A DNA stretch of 64,000 nt from Paraphysomonas bandaiensis (lineage: Eukaryota > Protista > Chrysophyceae): positions 1 to 64,000 of the forward strand of contig CBFFRP010000202.1 of the NCBI GenBank assembly GCA_965644295.1, read 5' to 3'. A program made the position numbers and the translations under genes. This document shows, in pieces, positions 37,640-50,454 of the stretch. Numbering within the stretch: the stretch's first letter is position 1; the number at the start of each line of letters is the position of its first letter. The notes under the pieces were generated by a model. That model worked only from the letters and a program-made list of their open reading frames with translations. It searched no databases and was not told the DNA's origin.

Positions 37640-38040
37640 GCTTCGTCCAAACTTGGGGAAAAATTGTGTATTTTTATGAATATGTTCTGCATACTTTTTT
37701 CAATTTTAGGGTATGAATATGCTGTTCTTCAGGAAACAACTCTTATAATATTAAGTTTCTGCTGATAATAAACTAAGCTGCCACAAAGTAGCTGTAGAGT
37801 TGCATGAACATTGTTTAACATTGTTAAATGTCACTATCATTAACCATTAACGGTTACCAGGTCTTCAAACTTTAAACAGTCTACACTGAACCCCATCACC
37901 TACGTTAGCGCTAGCATTTGAAAATTTATGGCAAGATAGAAATAGAAGCAAGCACCCCTCGAATCAATCGGAAAGCAAGTAGTATTGCTCAAAGCTCAAA
38001 GAGCGGCAATTATAATGGCCATTACCGTTACCAGGCCCTG
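37640..38040. repeat. Dispersed repeat with a hAT-like ...ACCAGGCCCTG end
   Basis: Shares AAGCTGCCACAAAGTA.CTGTAGAGTTGCATGAACATTGTT and TTACCAGGCCCTGATATA with 47730-48060. Confidence 0.6.
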
Positions 38041-38238
38041 ATATACACCATGGGACGAAAAACGAAAACATATTAGAAAAAAGTGGGAGTCGGTCATAAT
38101 GATCTCAGCCTTCTTATTGAATAGTTTATACTTGAAGACTTTCTTATTAAGAGTTCATAAATCATCTCTTACTACAGCTAACTCAAAACATGCACCAGGA
38201 AAATACAGTAACTCATTAGATTGGGACATCACACGCTG

Positions 38239-41200
38239 CTATAGATACGCCGATGCTCGGCGGGACATCTTCAATGGCAAAGAAGAAGTATCACCGGCCT
38301 TCTGATCTTTACTTCCTGCATCAGTCGCATTGCCACTCTAATGAAAGCGGAAATAATTAAACAAAGCAGGTAAATATTAAAATTCAACGAACATTTAACG
38401 TTTTGCGATGTTTAGCTTGGGCGCTCTTCTCTTCTGCCCTACGCTGCCGCTCCACTGCCTCCCTTTCTTCTTCAAAAGCCTGTGAGAATGTTAGGCGTCT
38501 ATTATCACCACTGCTTGATACACACAGCGGCACATCACATAGTTGATCGATGATCAAGACAGATCTTACGAGATTATACAATACCATGCAAGACAATGTC
38601 AGCATTTCACAACAATTTAAAACGTGCCACTACGTAAAACTACGGGCACATATTTCACAAAGTTAAAATGACAAGTAATGTGTAAAAAATGTACCCTGAC
38701 AAACTTCTCAAGCGTGGAAAAAAACTCCTGCGACTGCATATTGGCTTCCTCACCAAAGTATGCCAACACACTCTGGTACTTTTCACGCATTGTCTGGATC
38801 GAAGAGTTGACGTCGTCTATTAATCGTTGCGACTGCAATAGGTATGTAAGGGCAAATATCTTAGATATAGAGGCGCTCTTTAGTGTAACAACAATAGTGG
38901 AACAGACAACAAGGCCCAAAATATGTATACATTGCCGTGAATCACGTATGCATCAGCTTGACAACAATAACGTAGATCACTTACCGCAGTCAAGAACTGC
39001 TCCATTGACGCAACAGACTCAGATCCGTTGCCAGCAGATATGTCATCGACGATTGCTTTGCATGATGACTGTGATTGACACAAGGAATTGTATTCTGACA
39101 CAATATGATCAACAGACAAGCGATCAGCATCGACCAAATGCACCAAGTCATCAGGAAATTGCAAACATGTTTCATCATTACGGTGGATCAGCCTGATTAC
39201 ATACTGCAAGATAGAAGTTTTTTTATCAAAGGCCTTCGCGTTCTGCAGTTTCAGCAATGAATCCACTGTGAAGCCCGCATGGGCTTCACCGTCATTCATT
39301 TGGTTGCCCACTTTCAAAATAGTTTTCAGGACCTTCTTCAGCTTGACACTTAGCTTAACATCATCGCAAGCATTTTCTACTTTGGATATACAGTTCGTAA
39401 TTTCTGTCAGTCGTCCACGGAACTGCTGCTTATATATGATACATTTGATCTTTTTCGCTGCATTTTCACAATCCAACATTTCTAACATATATCTTTCTGC
39501 CAAACCCAGATGGTCTACATCACCAACATAGCGCTTTAGAATTCCACGTTCTTCCACTGTGGGCAAGTACTCCTACAAACAGTTAAATCGTTAGCTACGA
39601 GTATAAATAGTGTACAACTTTTCAGAGAAGGGAGAACAAACTTGATACAAATTCCATTGGATGGTAGTTCAAAAATAGATATACATGTAATTGTCTACCT
39701 GCAGCGACTCATACTGATCCGTGGTAAATGCTTTTTCGTCCATTCTCTCGATCCTGATGATATTAGATACTAGTCAATTTCAGCTCACACTTCTTACCGT
39801 TTTCGAACATCTTTGAACGGCATCTTCAATCTCGCCAATGCGATACCAGCATTTTGTCCACGCTTCATGTCTATCAGATTAACAACTTTCTTTTTGGTAT
39901 CTAATTTTGATGTTATATTTCCAGTCGCTGATTTCTTGGATTCCCTGTCACATATTAACAGTAAAAAAGAAAAACTTGCAAAAGATATATGAGTATCTAT
40001 CAGCCACTTACTTCTGCACAAATAGTTGATTAAACTCTTCAGGATCCAACTTAAAATTGTCGTCATCATCATCGCTTGCCCACAGACTGTCTGCCCCAAC
40101 TCTACTCTTATCCAGTGCTTTCCAGTGTAGCTTCTTCTTTCGGACCCGTGAACTAGGGGAGCGCTTCTTCTCCGCTGCACGAGCAGGCCGATAATTAGTA
40201 TCGAGTGGAACCAGGTCAGTCAGTTTATTGTCAAGTATGTTAGGATCAAACCCTTCGTCTTGCATTTTCTGCTTCGCAGCAGCGAGTGGAAGGCCGACTT
40301 TCAACATTCGAAGGTACTTGCCGTACGCTGGGTGGTCTTGCAAAGGGACCATTTCCCCAGGGTCATCTTTTTTATCAGATTCTATCTGAACAGGGACCAT
40401 ATCTGTAGGGGATTTATCAAGAACTGAATCATCAATATTTTCGAGTTTCATTTTAGCCCTCACAGCTTCCACTGGTAGACCAACTTTCATCATCCGAAAG
40501 TATTTGGAATACACTGGATGGTCCTGAAGCGCCACCATTTCTACATCTTTTTCCTCAGTTGCAACTTTTAAATTGGATTTCTTCATTACGGGTTCTCCGG
40601 GAGCGATGTCTTTGGGGTCTTTGTCCAGTACACTGGAATCTAGCCCAGCTAGTTCCATCTTCTGTTTAATGGCTGGAGCAGGAATACCAGCTTTAAGCAT
40701 ACGAAAGAACTTGCTGTATGTTGGATGCTCGTCAAATGTCACACCTTCTTTATTTTCCCCATCTTTGACAGGTTTATCTTCACTGCTTTTAGAGTCGTCC
40801 GATTTCTTTGCTTCCTCTTTCACTGAGTCTTGAGGCGGAGTGGTCTCATTTTGCTTCTTCGGCGATTCCTGTTTGTGTTTCGGCAGTGCAGACAGGTCTA
40901 CAGGGCGCTGTTCAAGGATCGCGAGTGCAACCTCGGCAGAAGGAGCCATTCCATCTGTTACCATTTTGTTCGATACCGCACTCTTGGGAAGACCAACCTG
41001 AAAATCAATATATTAAATATCAAGATAATGAAAAGATAATTCAAGTTAATACATACCGTAATCATGTTGACGTATTTGATATACCGCGGGTCATCAAGAG
41101 CAACAACACCCATACTACCCGTGGAAGAAGATTCTTCCTGGTTGGATGGAGCTTTAGAGACCATACCTCCTTTCGAGCCATCATCTACTTGGGAAGAAGT

Positions 41201-44200
41201 AGGATTAGCTACGGTTTCACCTGACGGGGGTGAGGGAGCTGAAGCACCAGAAGTGCACTGTTTTATCAAGGCATTTATATCTAGCCCGTCTGTCACCATG
41301 CGATCCTCCACTGTTTTCAATGGCAAGCCAACCTGGGAGTACATTGTCACAGCAAAATAGCATAGCAGAGCTTCGCCGATTCAGATTTCAGAATTCCTGG
41401 TATATACTGAAATATTCTATAAATAAACCTACCTGACACATTTTGAGGTATTTCTTGTACTTGGGCCCCATTTTGGATATATCAGTCAGGATCTCGGGGG
41501 TAATTCCTGTACTCCCGCTATCTACGGGTTTAGATTCTTGTGAAGAGGATTGCCGTTGATACTCCTGCATTTGCTGCTCAATGCCTTGAATCTTGGCAGC
41601 AAATTGAGCATCAGCAGGTCCTGGCTTTGTACCTACGTACAGAATAAAATTGACCACTAGCGAATATACAACAGTGCGTACCTCGTGGACTTGTACTAGG
41701 CGACTGACTCTGAGAACTAGGACCGCTGGCTGTAGGTGATGTGTTCTTTGTTTCACCTGCAGAAACTTCATGGAATTCGCTATTTTCGTCAGAAGTACGG
41801 GCAGAATTCCGCGGTGAACTCTTGTTTTGATGACGAGTAGTGGCCAAAAGAAGTGTTTCTCTTTGCTGCTGCTCGCTCATATTCAGTAACTCATCTAGGC
41901 TAATACCAGAGGACGCTAGAATGCCCATCAATTTGGCGACATCATTGTGATTGGACAGTGACAACTGTCCGGAACTTCCATCTCCACTTGATGTACGGGA
42001 AATCGGATTCTCAGCCTTTTGCTTGAAGGCCACCTTTCCAGATGGTCGGAAAGAGGGTGCCCACGAATCCGCCTTAGAATTGGAACTGCCTTCCTCAACA
42101 GAGTCTGAGGTACTTCCTTCAGATACTATCTGCGGCCTAGAATTAGAGGTACTGGATAATGCTCCGGTTCCTTGAGCTTGTGATAATGCAGCTGCCTGCT
42201 CTGCGGAAACCCATACCCCACCCTCTGGAGCTTGAGGGTTACCGCCCACTCCTTTGGAAGATTTTCGCATTCCCACAGGAGGACTGCCCGTGCCACTCCC
42301 AGTCTTCTGAGCACAGTTTGGACATGCCCATGACGAGTAGTGCTTCGCGATATATTTGTCTCTGTTTGTGCGCTCTTTCACAGACTTAATCGTAAAAGGG
42401 ATCCGTCGCGCACCAAAACACTGTGTATGATACAATCGCTTGCATTCCGCACATGGAACTAATTGGTCTCGTTTCGTGTAGCTATCGTCGTTGCATATAG
42501 CGCAAGTCACAGCGCTGTCACTGGAATGGCTACCTTCGGAGGGTGTCGGGGACTGGCCCCTTGAAGTGGCATCAGATTCTTTCGACGAGCTGCTTCGATG
42601 AGAACGTTCTCGCCTGGACCTACGTTCAGAAGAGCTTTTACGACTGCTACTAGACCTTTCTCGTTGCTTCTTGTCGTCATTCTCGGTGAACAGCTTCATT
42701 GCCGCAGACTCGGTCTGTAAAGTCATGGTTCGACGTGCCTTTTCACCGCTGCGAGCAACACCAAGTGATACTTTGGAAAGCTTGACGTCGTAAGGGCTAG
42801 CAGGAAGAGCAGGGCGGACGGATTTCTGATCGCGCAATTCTCTCGATCGTTCAACCAACAATTCCATTACCCGGATTGCCTGTAAACCAAACCAGAACAA
42901 TTACATCACCATATCTCCTCCAATCATACAAAATCAGGAGTATGTAAATATAAAATGCTCAACAAGGAATCATATATCTCAACAGTGTCGGAGATCTTAA
43001 ACATACCGTGTCCATGTCTTTATTGGCGAGCTGCAGAGCTACCGCAATATACTCTGAAGGAAAACCACTCTCTGCCAACTGGCAGCAGAGCTGTGCATCT
43101 GGCTCAACTAAATGGTACTTTGATATCTGAAAAGCATCACTATTACTATACCAACTGACTACAGGTCGGTGAAATAGCCTCACACACGTACGTAATATAC
43201 GTACCTCATCAAGACCACTCTCAAAAGCTTCAATTCCGCGCAGCTGGTATGAGTTCGCAAATTCTTTATTTTCTATCTTTTGCAGAGCTCTTTCATCCGC
43301 ACAATTGAATTTAAGGTGGACAGAAAACATGGTATCATCTAGAAAGTCAGCGTACTCCGGATTAATATCCACGTTTTGCTTGCAGAGCTCCACCACATCC
43401 GGAGGTAAAAATGCTATCACAGAAGTGAAATGATAAACAGTACAACAACAATGACGTACCAGTGCTGTTTTGATACTTAAATATGAGCGTAGTCTTGTTC
43501 CTAGTTAACGCATGGGGTCCGCCAAACCGACACATAACAGAAAAATCGCCTACAATATCAGCAGATATTTTGAAGCACCCATCCGCAAATTCGGAAGACC
43601 AAGTGCATCTAGATGCGCTGTGAGCCATGCCATTGTGAGAATTGAAAACTAGTCCGCTCATATCCCATATCTCCACACACGGCAAATCATCGACAGGGAG
43701 TCCAGAAATCACTAGGCATTCGAGGTGGAGAGGGAAAGGATTCGGTGAACCTCCATGATCAGTAGATCGGTCGACGTTTTCAAAGAGAATGCGGTAAGAC
43801 GGCGGGAGAGTAGGAGTTTCATCTGCTCGGACCCTGCGATATACACACAAGCGTGAATATTGATTAGAAAACGATATTTATAACACATAAAACCCCATGA
43901 AGTGGTTACAAGTATCAGATAAGTACCTTGCTCCATAAAAGAAGTCAAATGCGTCTAATGAATATTCAAATGCCCCAATGTATTTCAAGAAACAAGCCAT
44001 TAGTATTCCAGTACGTAGACGACCATTGCTACAATGCAGTATCGCAACATTCTCCGAACTCAAGTCAAGCCAAGCCTTTATGCTATAACACTGACGAAAC
44101 ACACAATCGAGTGATGGCAATTGTGTAAAATGCCCTGGCGTAACCCATGGGTTGTCTATGACTTGATAGTTGAGCTTTGATGATACCTCTGAGCTAAATT

Positions 44201-44760
44201 CTTTCCCACTACATCCGCAATTACATACCAAACAACATCATATAAAAGAAACATACCTTATGTTCCACAACAAAGCTGGTTGACCTTGAAGTGTATGAAT
44301 TAATTCATCCACTTTTGATTCATTAATTTTTCCCACAGCTAAATTTAATAAGTTATTAGGAAATTTTTGATCATATATATGTAATATTAACTTCATATGT
44401 GAGTCATACATTGGTATTTATATGTATATATATGGCAGGTAATCACTATGATGTTATCATACAGTGGTATCTATATACATCTATAGCAGGCAATTACTAC
44501 GATATGATTCATACAGTGCTATCTATCTATATATGTATACATAGCAGGCATTCACTCTGATGTGAGTTATACAGTGATATCTATAGCATATAATGACTAT
44601 AATATAAGTCATACATACCAAGTAATGTTGGAGTAATAAATGAAAAATCTAAATTCACATTTCCTTTTGATCGACGTTTAGTTAAACGATCTTTCACACT
44701 ATCTTTCACACTATCCCATACTTGTAATGCATCTGATATCGGATTATGTAAGAAATTCAT
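38239..44760 (-). CDS. Formin: PTEN-like + C2 + PHD finger + 5 CCDC53-like repeats + FH2, multi-exon
   Basis: LDFSFITPTLL and HCSNGRLRTG (PTEN); CAIC...CAECKRLYHTQC...WACPNC (PHD); KKLHWKAL, LIDMKRGQNAGIAL, LKVGNQMN, GFTVDSLLKL (FH2). Confidence 0.9.
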
Positions 44761-45232
44761 AATAGAATTAATGAAATATTATCATATTCATATAAATTAT
44801 TCAAATAGATTATAAGAGTGATTGTGATGGAATAGATTATATATATATGTAGAGTATATAGTGACCTAAGTCTTAAATAGTTTCTATATGAATGTTTATG
44901 TAAACATATATATATATATATATATACCAGTACATAGTTGTGTAGTATACAGTAGTGTACTCCTGTGTGTATCGTATGAGAAGTAGTTATAAAAATATTA
45001 GTGTAAAAATTGTAACATTTCCTAAAAAAAAGTTGTAATTTTTGTATATATAGCAATCGAAGGATTTCATTGGTCCAGAATTATTATAGTGTTGGACAAA
45101 ATGAAAATTACACAAAATTCAAAATATCTAATTTTTGTGTTTACATACGAAATTTTCCCACTTTCAGCTTCACAAGTACGAAATGTACTGTCTGACACGA
45201 AAACACAGTACGAGAGTACGATTCCTACCTGT

Positions 45233-45405
45233 ACATACATACATACATGCATACATACATACATACATACATACATACATACATACATACATACATACAT
45301 ACATACATACATACATACATACATACATACATACATACATACATACATACATACATACATACATACATACATACATACATACATACATACATACATACAT
45401 ACATA
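45233..45405. repeat. (CATA)n microsatellite between divergent formin and RRP7
   Basis: About 170 bp of repeat. Confidence 0.97.
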
Positions 45406-45515
45406 CACATACATGTATATAATGGTTGGTGTGGCAATCGCATCATCTCATATTCCTCTTCCAACATAACCTCTCAAATAACCCTATTCACATACACTAT
45501 CGAAACGAACCACTC

Positions 45516-46787
45516 ATGAGAACAGTAAAAGACTTTCGTGTTCTTACTATAGATCTAGGTATAGGCGGTGCAAGCCATACACTATACATTAAAGAGCATA
45601 TCTCCAAGTAAGCATATATATATACATACATACATACATACATACACAGGATTATATGAATAATCATATTATTCAGGTCAACAAGTGAAGATGGTAATAA
45701 TCAGCCTGCAGGAAGGACAATGTTTGTAGGGAATGTTGATTATGGTATGTATATATATGACTATAGCAACCTCGATATGTTGTATATATATGCATATATG
45801 TATGTTGTATACCTCGATATGTTATATATCTCTGTATGTGATATATCTGTATGATTGTGTATATCTGAATGTTAGTATATGTTATTAATGCCTATGTGGT
45901 TAAAGGTGTAGATTTATGCTAAATATTAATGTTATATATATGTGATTGTATGTATAACGAATTCTTTTATTGATACAGGAAGAATTCTTCCGAATAGTGA
46001 TGTCGAAGGCTTTCTTACTGATATGTTTTCGAGCTTTGGTGATATAGAATCAATCTCATTGAGCCAGTTTCGCCTTGAAGATGAATATATTTTCTCTAGA
46101 AAAACCAGATTTGCTCATATCGTATTTGAAAAGAAGAAGTCTTTGAAATTAGCCATATCGGCAACAGATAGTATTTACTACGATATTAGTAACGCGGTGT
46201 CTCAGAAATGGGGCCTTGGTGAAGCCATTCGCCCCAAGAAAGTGAAACGCATATTAGAACAAACCAAGCTAGGAGACACTGATGTGGAGTCATTAAAGTA
46301 TGAGGTCGATGAAGTTCTTGCTCATTTTGAAGAAAAAGAGAAGGTGAGTGCTTGTCATTTATCGGGTGATCAGTTTATTCTGCTGTAATTCGCAATGTTA
46401 GTCTGTATATATCACGTTGTGCATGATATTTGTGCTAACACTAGTACCTATTAGCAAACTGCAGAAGAGCGAAAGAGAATGTTCGAAGAGGTTGATGATG
46501 ATGGCTTTACAGTTGTCAAGCCTAGAAAGAAGAGAAAGAGAGTCGATGCGACGAGGCGTAGCAGTGGGGCCCCTCGCCTGCGCAAGAAGAAAGAACATGA
46601 GCTGAAGAATTTTTATAGGTTAAAAGATCATTTTCAGAGCCTTCTCCCATTAACTCTGTATTAATGCAATAGGTTCCAAATGAGGGAGGAGAAGAGAGAA
46701 AAATTGGCTGAATTAAGAAAGAAATTTGAAGAAGATAAGCAGAAAATAGCAGAAATGAAAGCCCAAAGAAAATTCAAACCGTTCTAA
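45516..46787 (+). CDS. RRP7: Ribosomal RNA-processing protein 7 homolog, about 5 exons
   Basis: HTLYIKEH, RTMFVGNV, DDDGFTVV, ELKNFYRFQMREEK, KKFEEDKQKIAEMKAQRKFKPF*. Confidence 0.93.
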
Positions 46788-47729
46788 GAGTCAGTTAGGA
46801 GTAGACGACAGTGTTTTTATTTTTGAAACGTGAATACAGCAAATAACAAATAATCATAAGGCCATCATCATATTGCACTCTGTTAAAATTAATTTAGATA
46901 CAACATGCATCATGCTTATCCACGTATCTGTAAGGCAGAAAATACACCTCACGTCAAAGTACTTTACGGCAAGACCTTGTGGTCATTAATAAAGAATATT
47001 TGGTACAACAATTCATACTACATTACTTAGTTTTATGCACCGTGCTTGTTGCCTACATGTACACAAAAAATACGCACAGTGAAGATACGAAGATACCGAC
47101 TAGTAAGCCAAGCCTCGCATCCAGTCACTTAGTAACACTATATATTATACAATTATACTTACTTCCTCATTGCCCTACAAGCTAGCGAAGCAGATATCAT
47201 TGTCATTCATTATAATCGTGCAACATGTATTCTTGAGTACTTAAAAACGTTTACCATTCAGACTAATAATACTATCTATCACAATTCACAGTATATAACG
47301 CTGAAGTAAAGATATGCGAATAGTTCATTAATTTCTAAGTCGGATCAGCTTCTTAAAACGTTGTATAGATGATTCCCTATTTAAGGTTTAAGTGACTTCG
47401 ATCTCAGCTCTTTTCCTCTTCCTCAACATCCTCGCATTTTTTTTCTACGCTACAGAATTCAGAATTTGGTATTCTCGAATCTCGAACTCACAACTCAATG
47501 TTGAAAATCTTCTCTTGTATAATATATAATATATATATACTATATAGGAATCTACCTCTGAATACATTCCTCTAGTAGCGTGTCAATACTTACTTTCGAC
47601 TGCAAAAGTGGATAGATCGTGTTCTATATCAGATATCTGACGTCTGACGATAGCAGTTGAATTAGGATAAGTAGTATGTACTGAGACTACTCAACTACGT
47701 ATCATATATACTATATACTATAGTATATA

Positions 47730-48060
47730 GTATATTTTTCTAGGTAAAATATGCATATTTTTAATGATTATTTTAGAGTTTTTGGGTATATGGGTACGTT
47801 GCTATGGATATTGCTCAGGACACTATTCTCTAACTCTAGAATACATTGAGAAAATTGGGAACAAAGCTGCCACAAAGTACCTGTAGAGTTGCATGAACAT
47901 TGTTGTCTAATATTGTTTAGAGTTTCTTCGGAGTGTAGAGGATATACAGAGATACGAGATACTATATTATCTTAATAACACTCAATTCTATATATAGCAG
48001 TACATGTCATTAACGGGATGCCAGTAATGCCATTACCATTAACGATTACCAGGCCCTGAT
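47730..48060. repeat. Second copy of the hAT-like repeat
   Basis: Shares blocks with 37640-38040. Confidence 0.6.
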
Positions 48061-48485
48061 ATATATTATATACTATTTTTGCCCAATACCGTCTCCTATA
48101 TCTTCCACTTGATATCTAAAGGCTGTAGAATATCCATTGAAATTGGGACAGCAATTGATAATTGCAATTGACTACTACAACCTGCTTCAATGAACGGTTG
48201 CGCCCTGTTTTAGAATTGTTATTCTTGGTGTTGCATTATGAACTAAGGATTAACATCGTTGTATGGAGTTGTGATTATTCACACCCATTCATATCAGGAT
48301 TAAAACATATTTCTAACACAGTCATAAGTCATATATACATATAAATCAACATGATAATGCTGCATATTATTAAGGTAGTATTAATGATTTCAAAACGTGA
48401 TACAGAGACAGTATTCTTATAAAGCACTCATCACGACATAACAATTGTTAACGCACAGTACATGTACAGATATAATAGCTGTATA

Positions 48486-49489
48486 TTAATCTTCCCCTGT
48501 GATATTAGAACTCAGAGGACAGGGATTGTGCACCAGAATGCGGGCCACTGTGTCACATGGGCGAATAATCTCCGACATCAAGCCTGACCGACGACGAGTC
48601 CTTCCGCCAAAAGAAGTGAAGATAGGGCCTGCTTCGTCTTCATCGCACTGCAGACAGGGATTCAGGCTACAGGCCGGGGGAGGGCCATTGTTATCTGCAG
48701 TAATATAACCGAGACAGGTTCGCCCGCAGGCTTTGCCGTCGTAAATACCGTCGTAATTCCAAATTTTCGCGCACTCCTCAGTCAACCCTACAATGATAAT
48801 AATGGAACGTAAGGAATCTTATGCTCAAGTATAAATGTAGCAGTTGTACCAATGTCCATATAGCATTGTAATCCGGCTGCTTCGTCAAATAAACCTTTCG
48901 TTGCACATTTCTTCCCTGAAGTGGTGAAGTCCTCGGCTGAACACATGCAAATTACAATATAAGAACACAATATTCGTATACAATGCATCAAATCAACAAG
49001 TACATGCCAACTTACTTAAATAAATAGCAAGATCTTGTGCAGTACTACACAATCCACAACTTCCTTCATGAGTAATATGAGCTCCATCTTTTATAGCATC
49101 AGAACGAGATGAATATGTAATCATTGAATACATATCACATGAATCTGATGAATATTTAAATGCACATACAGCTGTATTTATATCAATCATTTGTTGTGGT
49201 GGTGTTGTTGTACATGATTGATTATAGTATGGATTACAATCTAATGTATATATGGATAGAGGTGACTGTGATTTATATTTATTGATAGTTAATAAAGAAA
49301 ATTCTTCTTGTGGTTTCCATGGAGGACATGGACCATATCCATTGAGTGGTGGAATACACCAACATGACCTGTAGAGGTATATATATGGTTAGGTTAATGT
49401 ATATGTATGTATATGGTATATACTGACCCGCATGTGGGATATGTTGAGGTTATTGAAGGGAGAAGAGAGAGAAATAGAAGGAGAATCAT
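48486..49489 (-). CDS. Secreted cysteine-rich protein of unknown function, about 4 exons
   Basis: Signal peptide MILLLFLSLLPSITS; CG-SCWC, THEGSCGLCSTAQDL, CLQCDEDEAGPIF..GGRTRRRSGL. Confidence 0.75.
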
Positions 49490-49632
49490 ATCTATGAGTG
49501 TAGTGTGTGAGGATTGTAGTAATATAAGTGATATGAGTGATAGTAAGAAGCAGGGACTCTGTTAAGGTATATGGCACAGTGGATTATATGGACTTTATGT
49601 ACCTGTAGGTATGGTAGGTAGGTACCTGGAGA

Positions 49633-49832
49633 TATGTATATATGTATGTTTGTAGAATGTATTTGTATTGATGTAGGTCGTTGGTAGGTAGGTAGGTAGG
49701 TACACTCTGTATGTATGTATATCGGTACGTAGGTAAAATCGTGTATATGTAAACATATACATACCGAGTGTACCTACTACCTACCTAACTACGACCTACA
49801 CATACATTCTACGAACATACATATATACATAT
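49633..49832. repeat. Imperfect palindrome built from GTAG/GTAT repeats
   Basis: ~49633-49720 is the approximate reverse complement of ~49752-49832. Confidence 0.7.
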
Positions 49833-49914
49833 ACACACCCACAGAACCTGTAAAGAAAAAATCACTACCCTCTACTTCAAGTTACCTTCAATCTACAAAC
49901 ATACAGCATACACA

Positions 49915-50059
49915 TACGTAAGTATATTTTTGTTCCAATATGCCTCTAATATTGAGACAACAATTATCTGTATACTATCCGTAGTTGTATTGCAGTTATA
50001 TAGAAGAATTTTGCTTCAATTTATTTCCGAGAAACGAGATGCTGACTGCCGATACGTAC
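49915..50059 (+). mobile_element. Promoter-region MITE, copy D
   Basis: Same core; ends GCTGACTGCCGATACGTA. Confidence 0.8.
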
Positions 50060-50114
50060 CTACCGACTTCATACTTCCACACACTACATCAGAATTCAAG
50101 TATAGAAAGAATAC

Positions 50115-50395
50115 ACATACATACATACATACATACATACATACATACATACATACATACATACATACATACATACCAGTACAGTATTTCCATACATTAC
50201 ATCCCTATAGAACTCTACATACATACATACACAGAAACTCGTATATACATACATACATACATACATACATTCATACATACATACATACATACATACATAC
50301 ATACATACATACATACATACATACATACATACATACATACATACATACATACATACATACATACATACATACATTCATACATACATACATACATA
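50115..50395. repeat. Interrupted (CATA)n microsatellite
   Basis: Blocks of CATA repeat ending ~60 bp before the ATG at 50455. Confidence 0.95.
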
Positions 50396-50454
50396 GTCAT
50401 ATAAATCATACTTAATTCTATCATTAAACATTCCATTGATATAATCATTTCATC

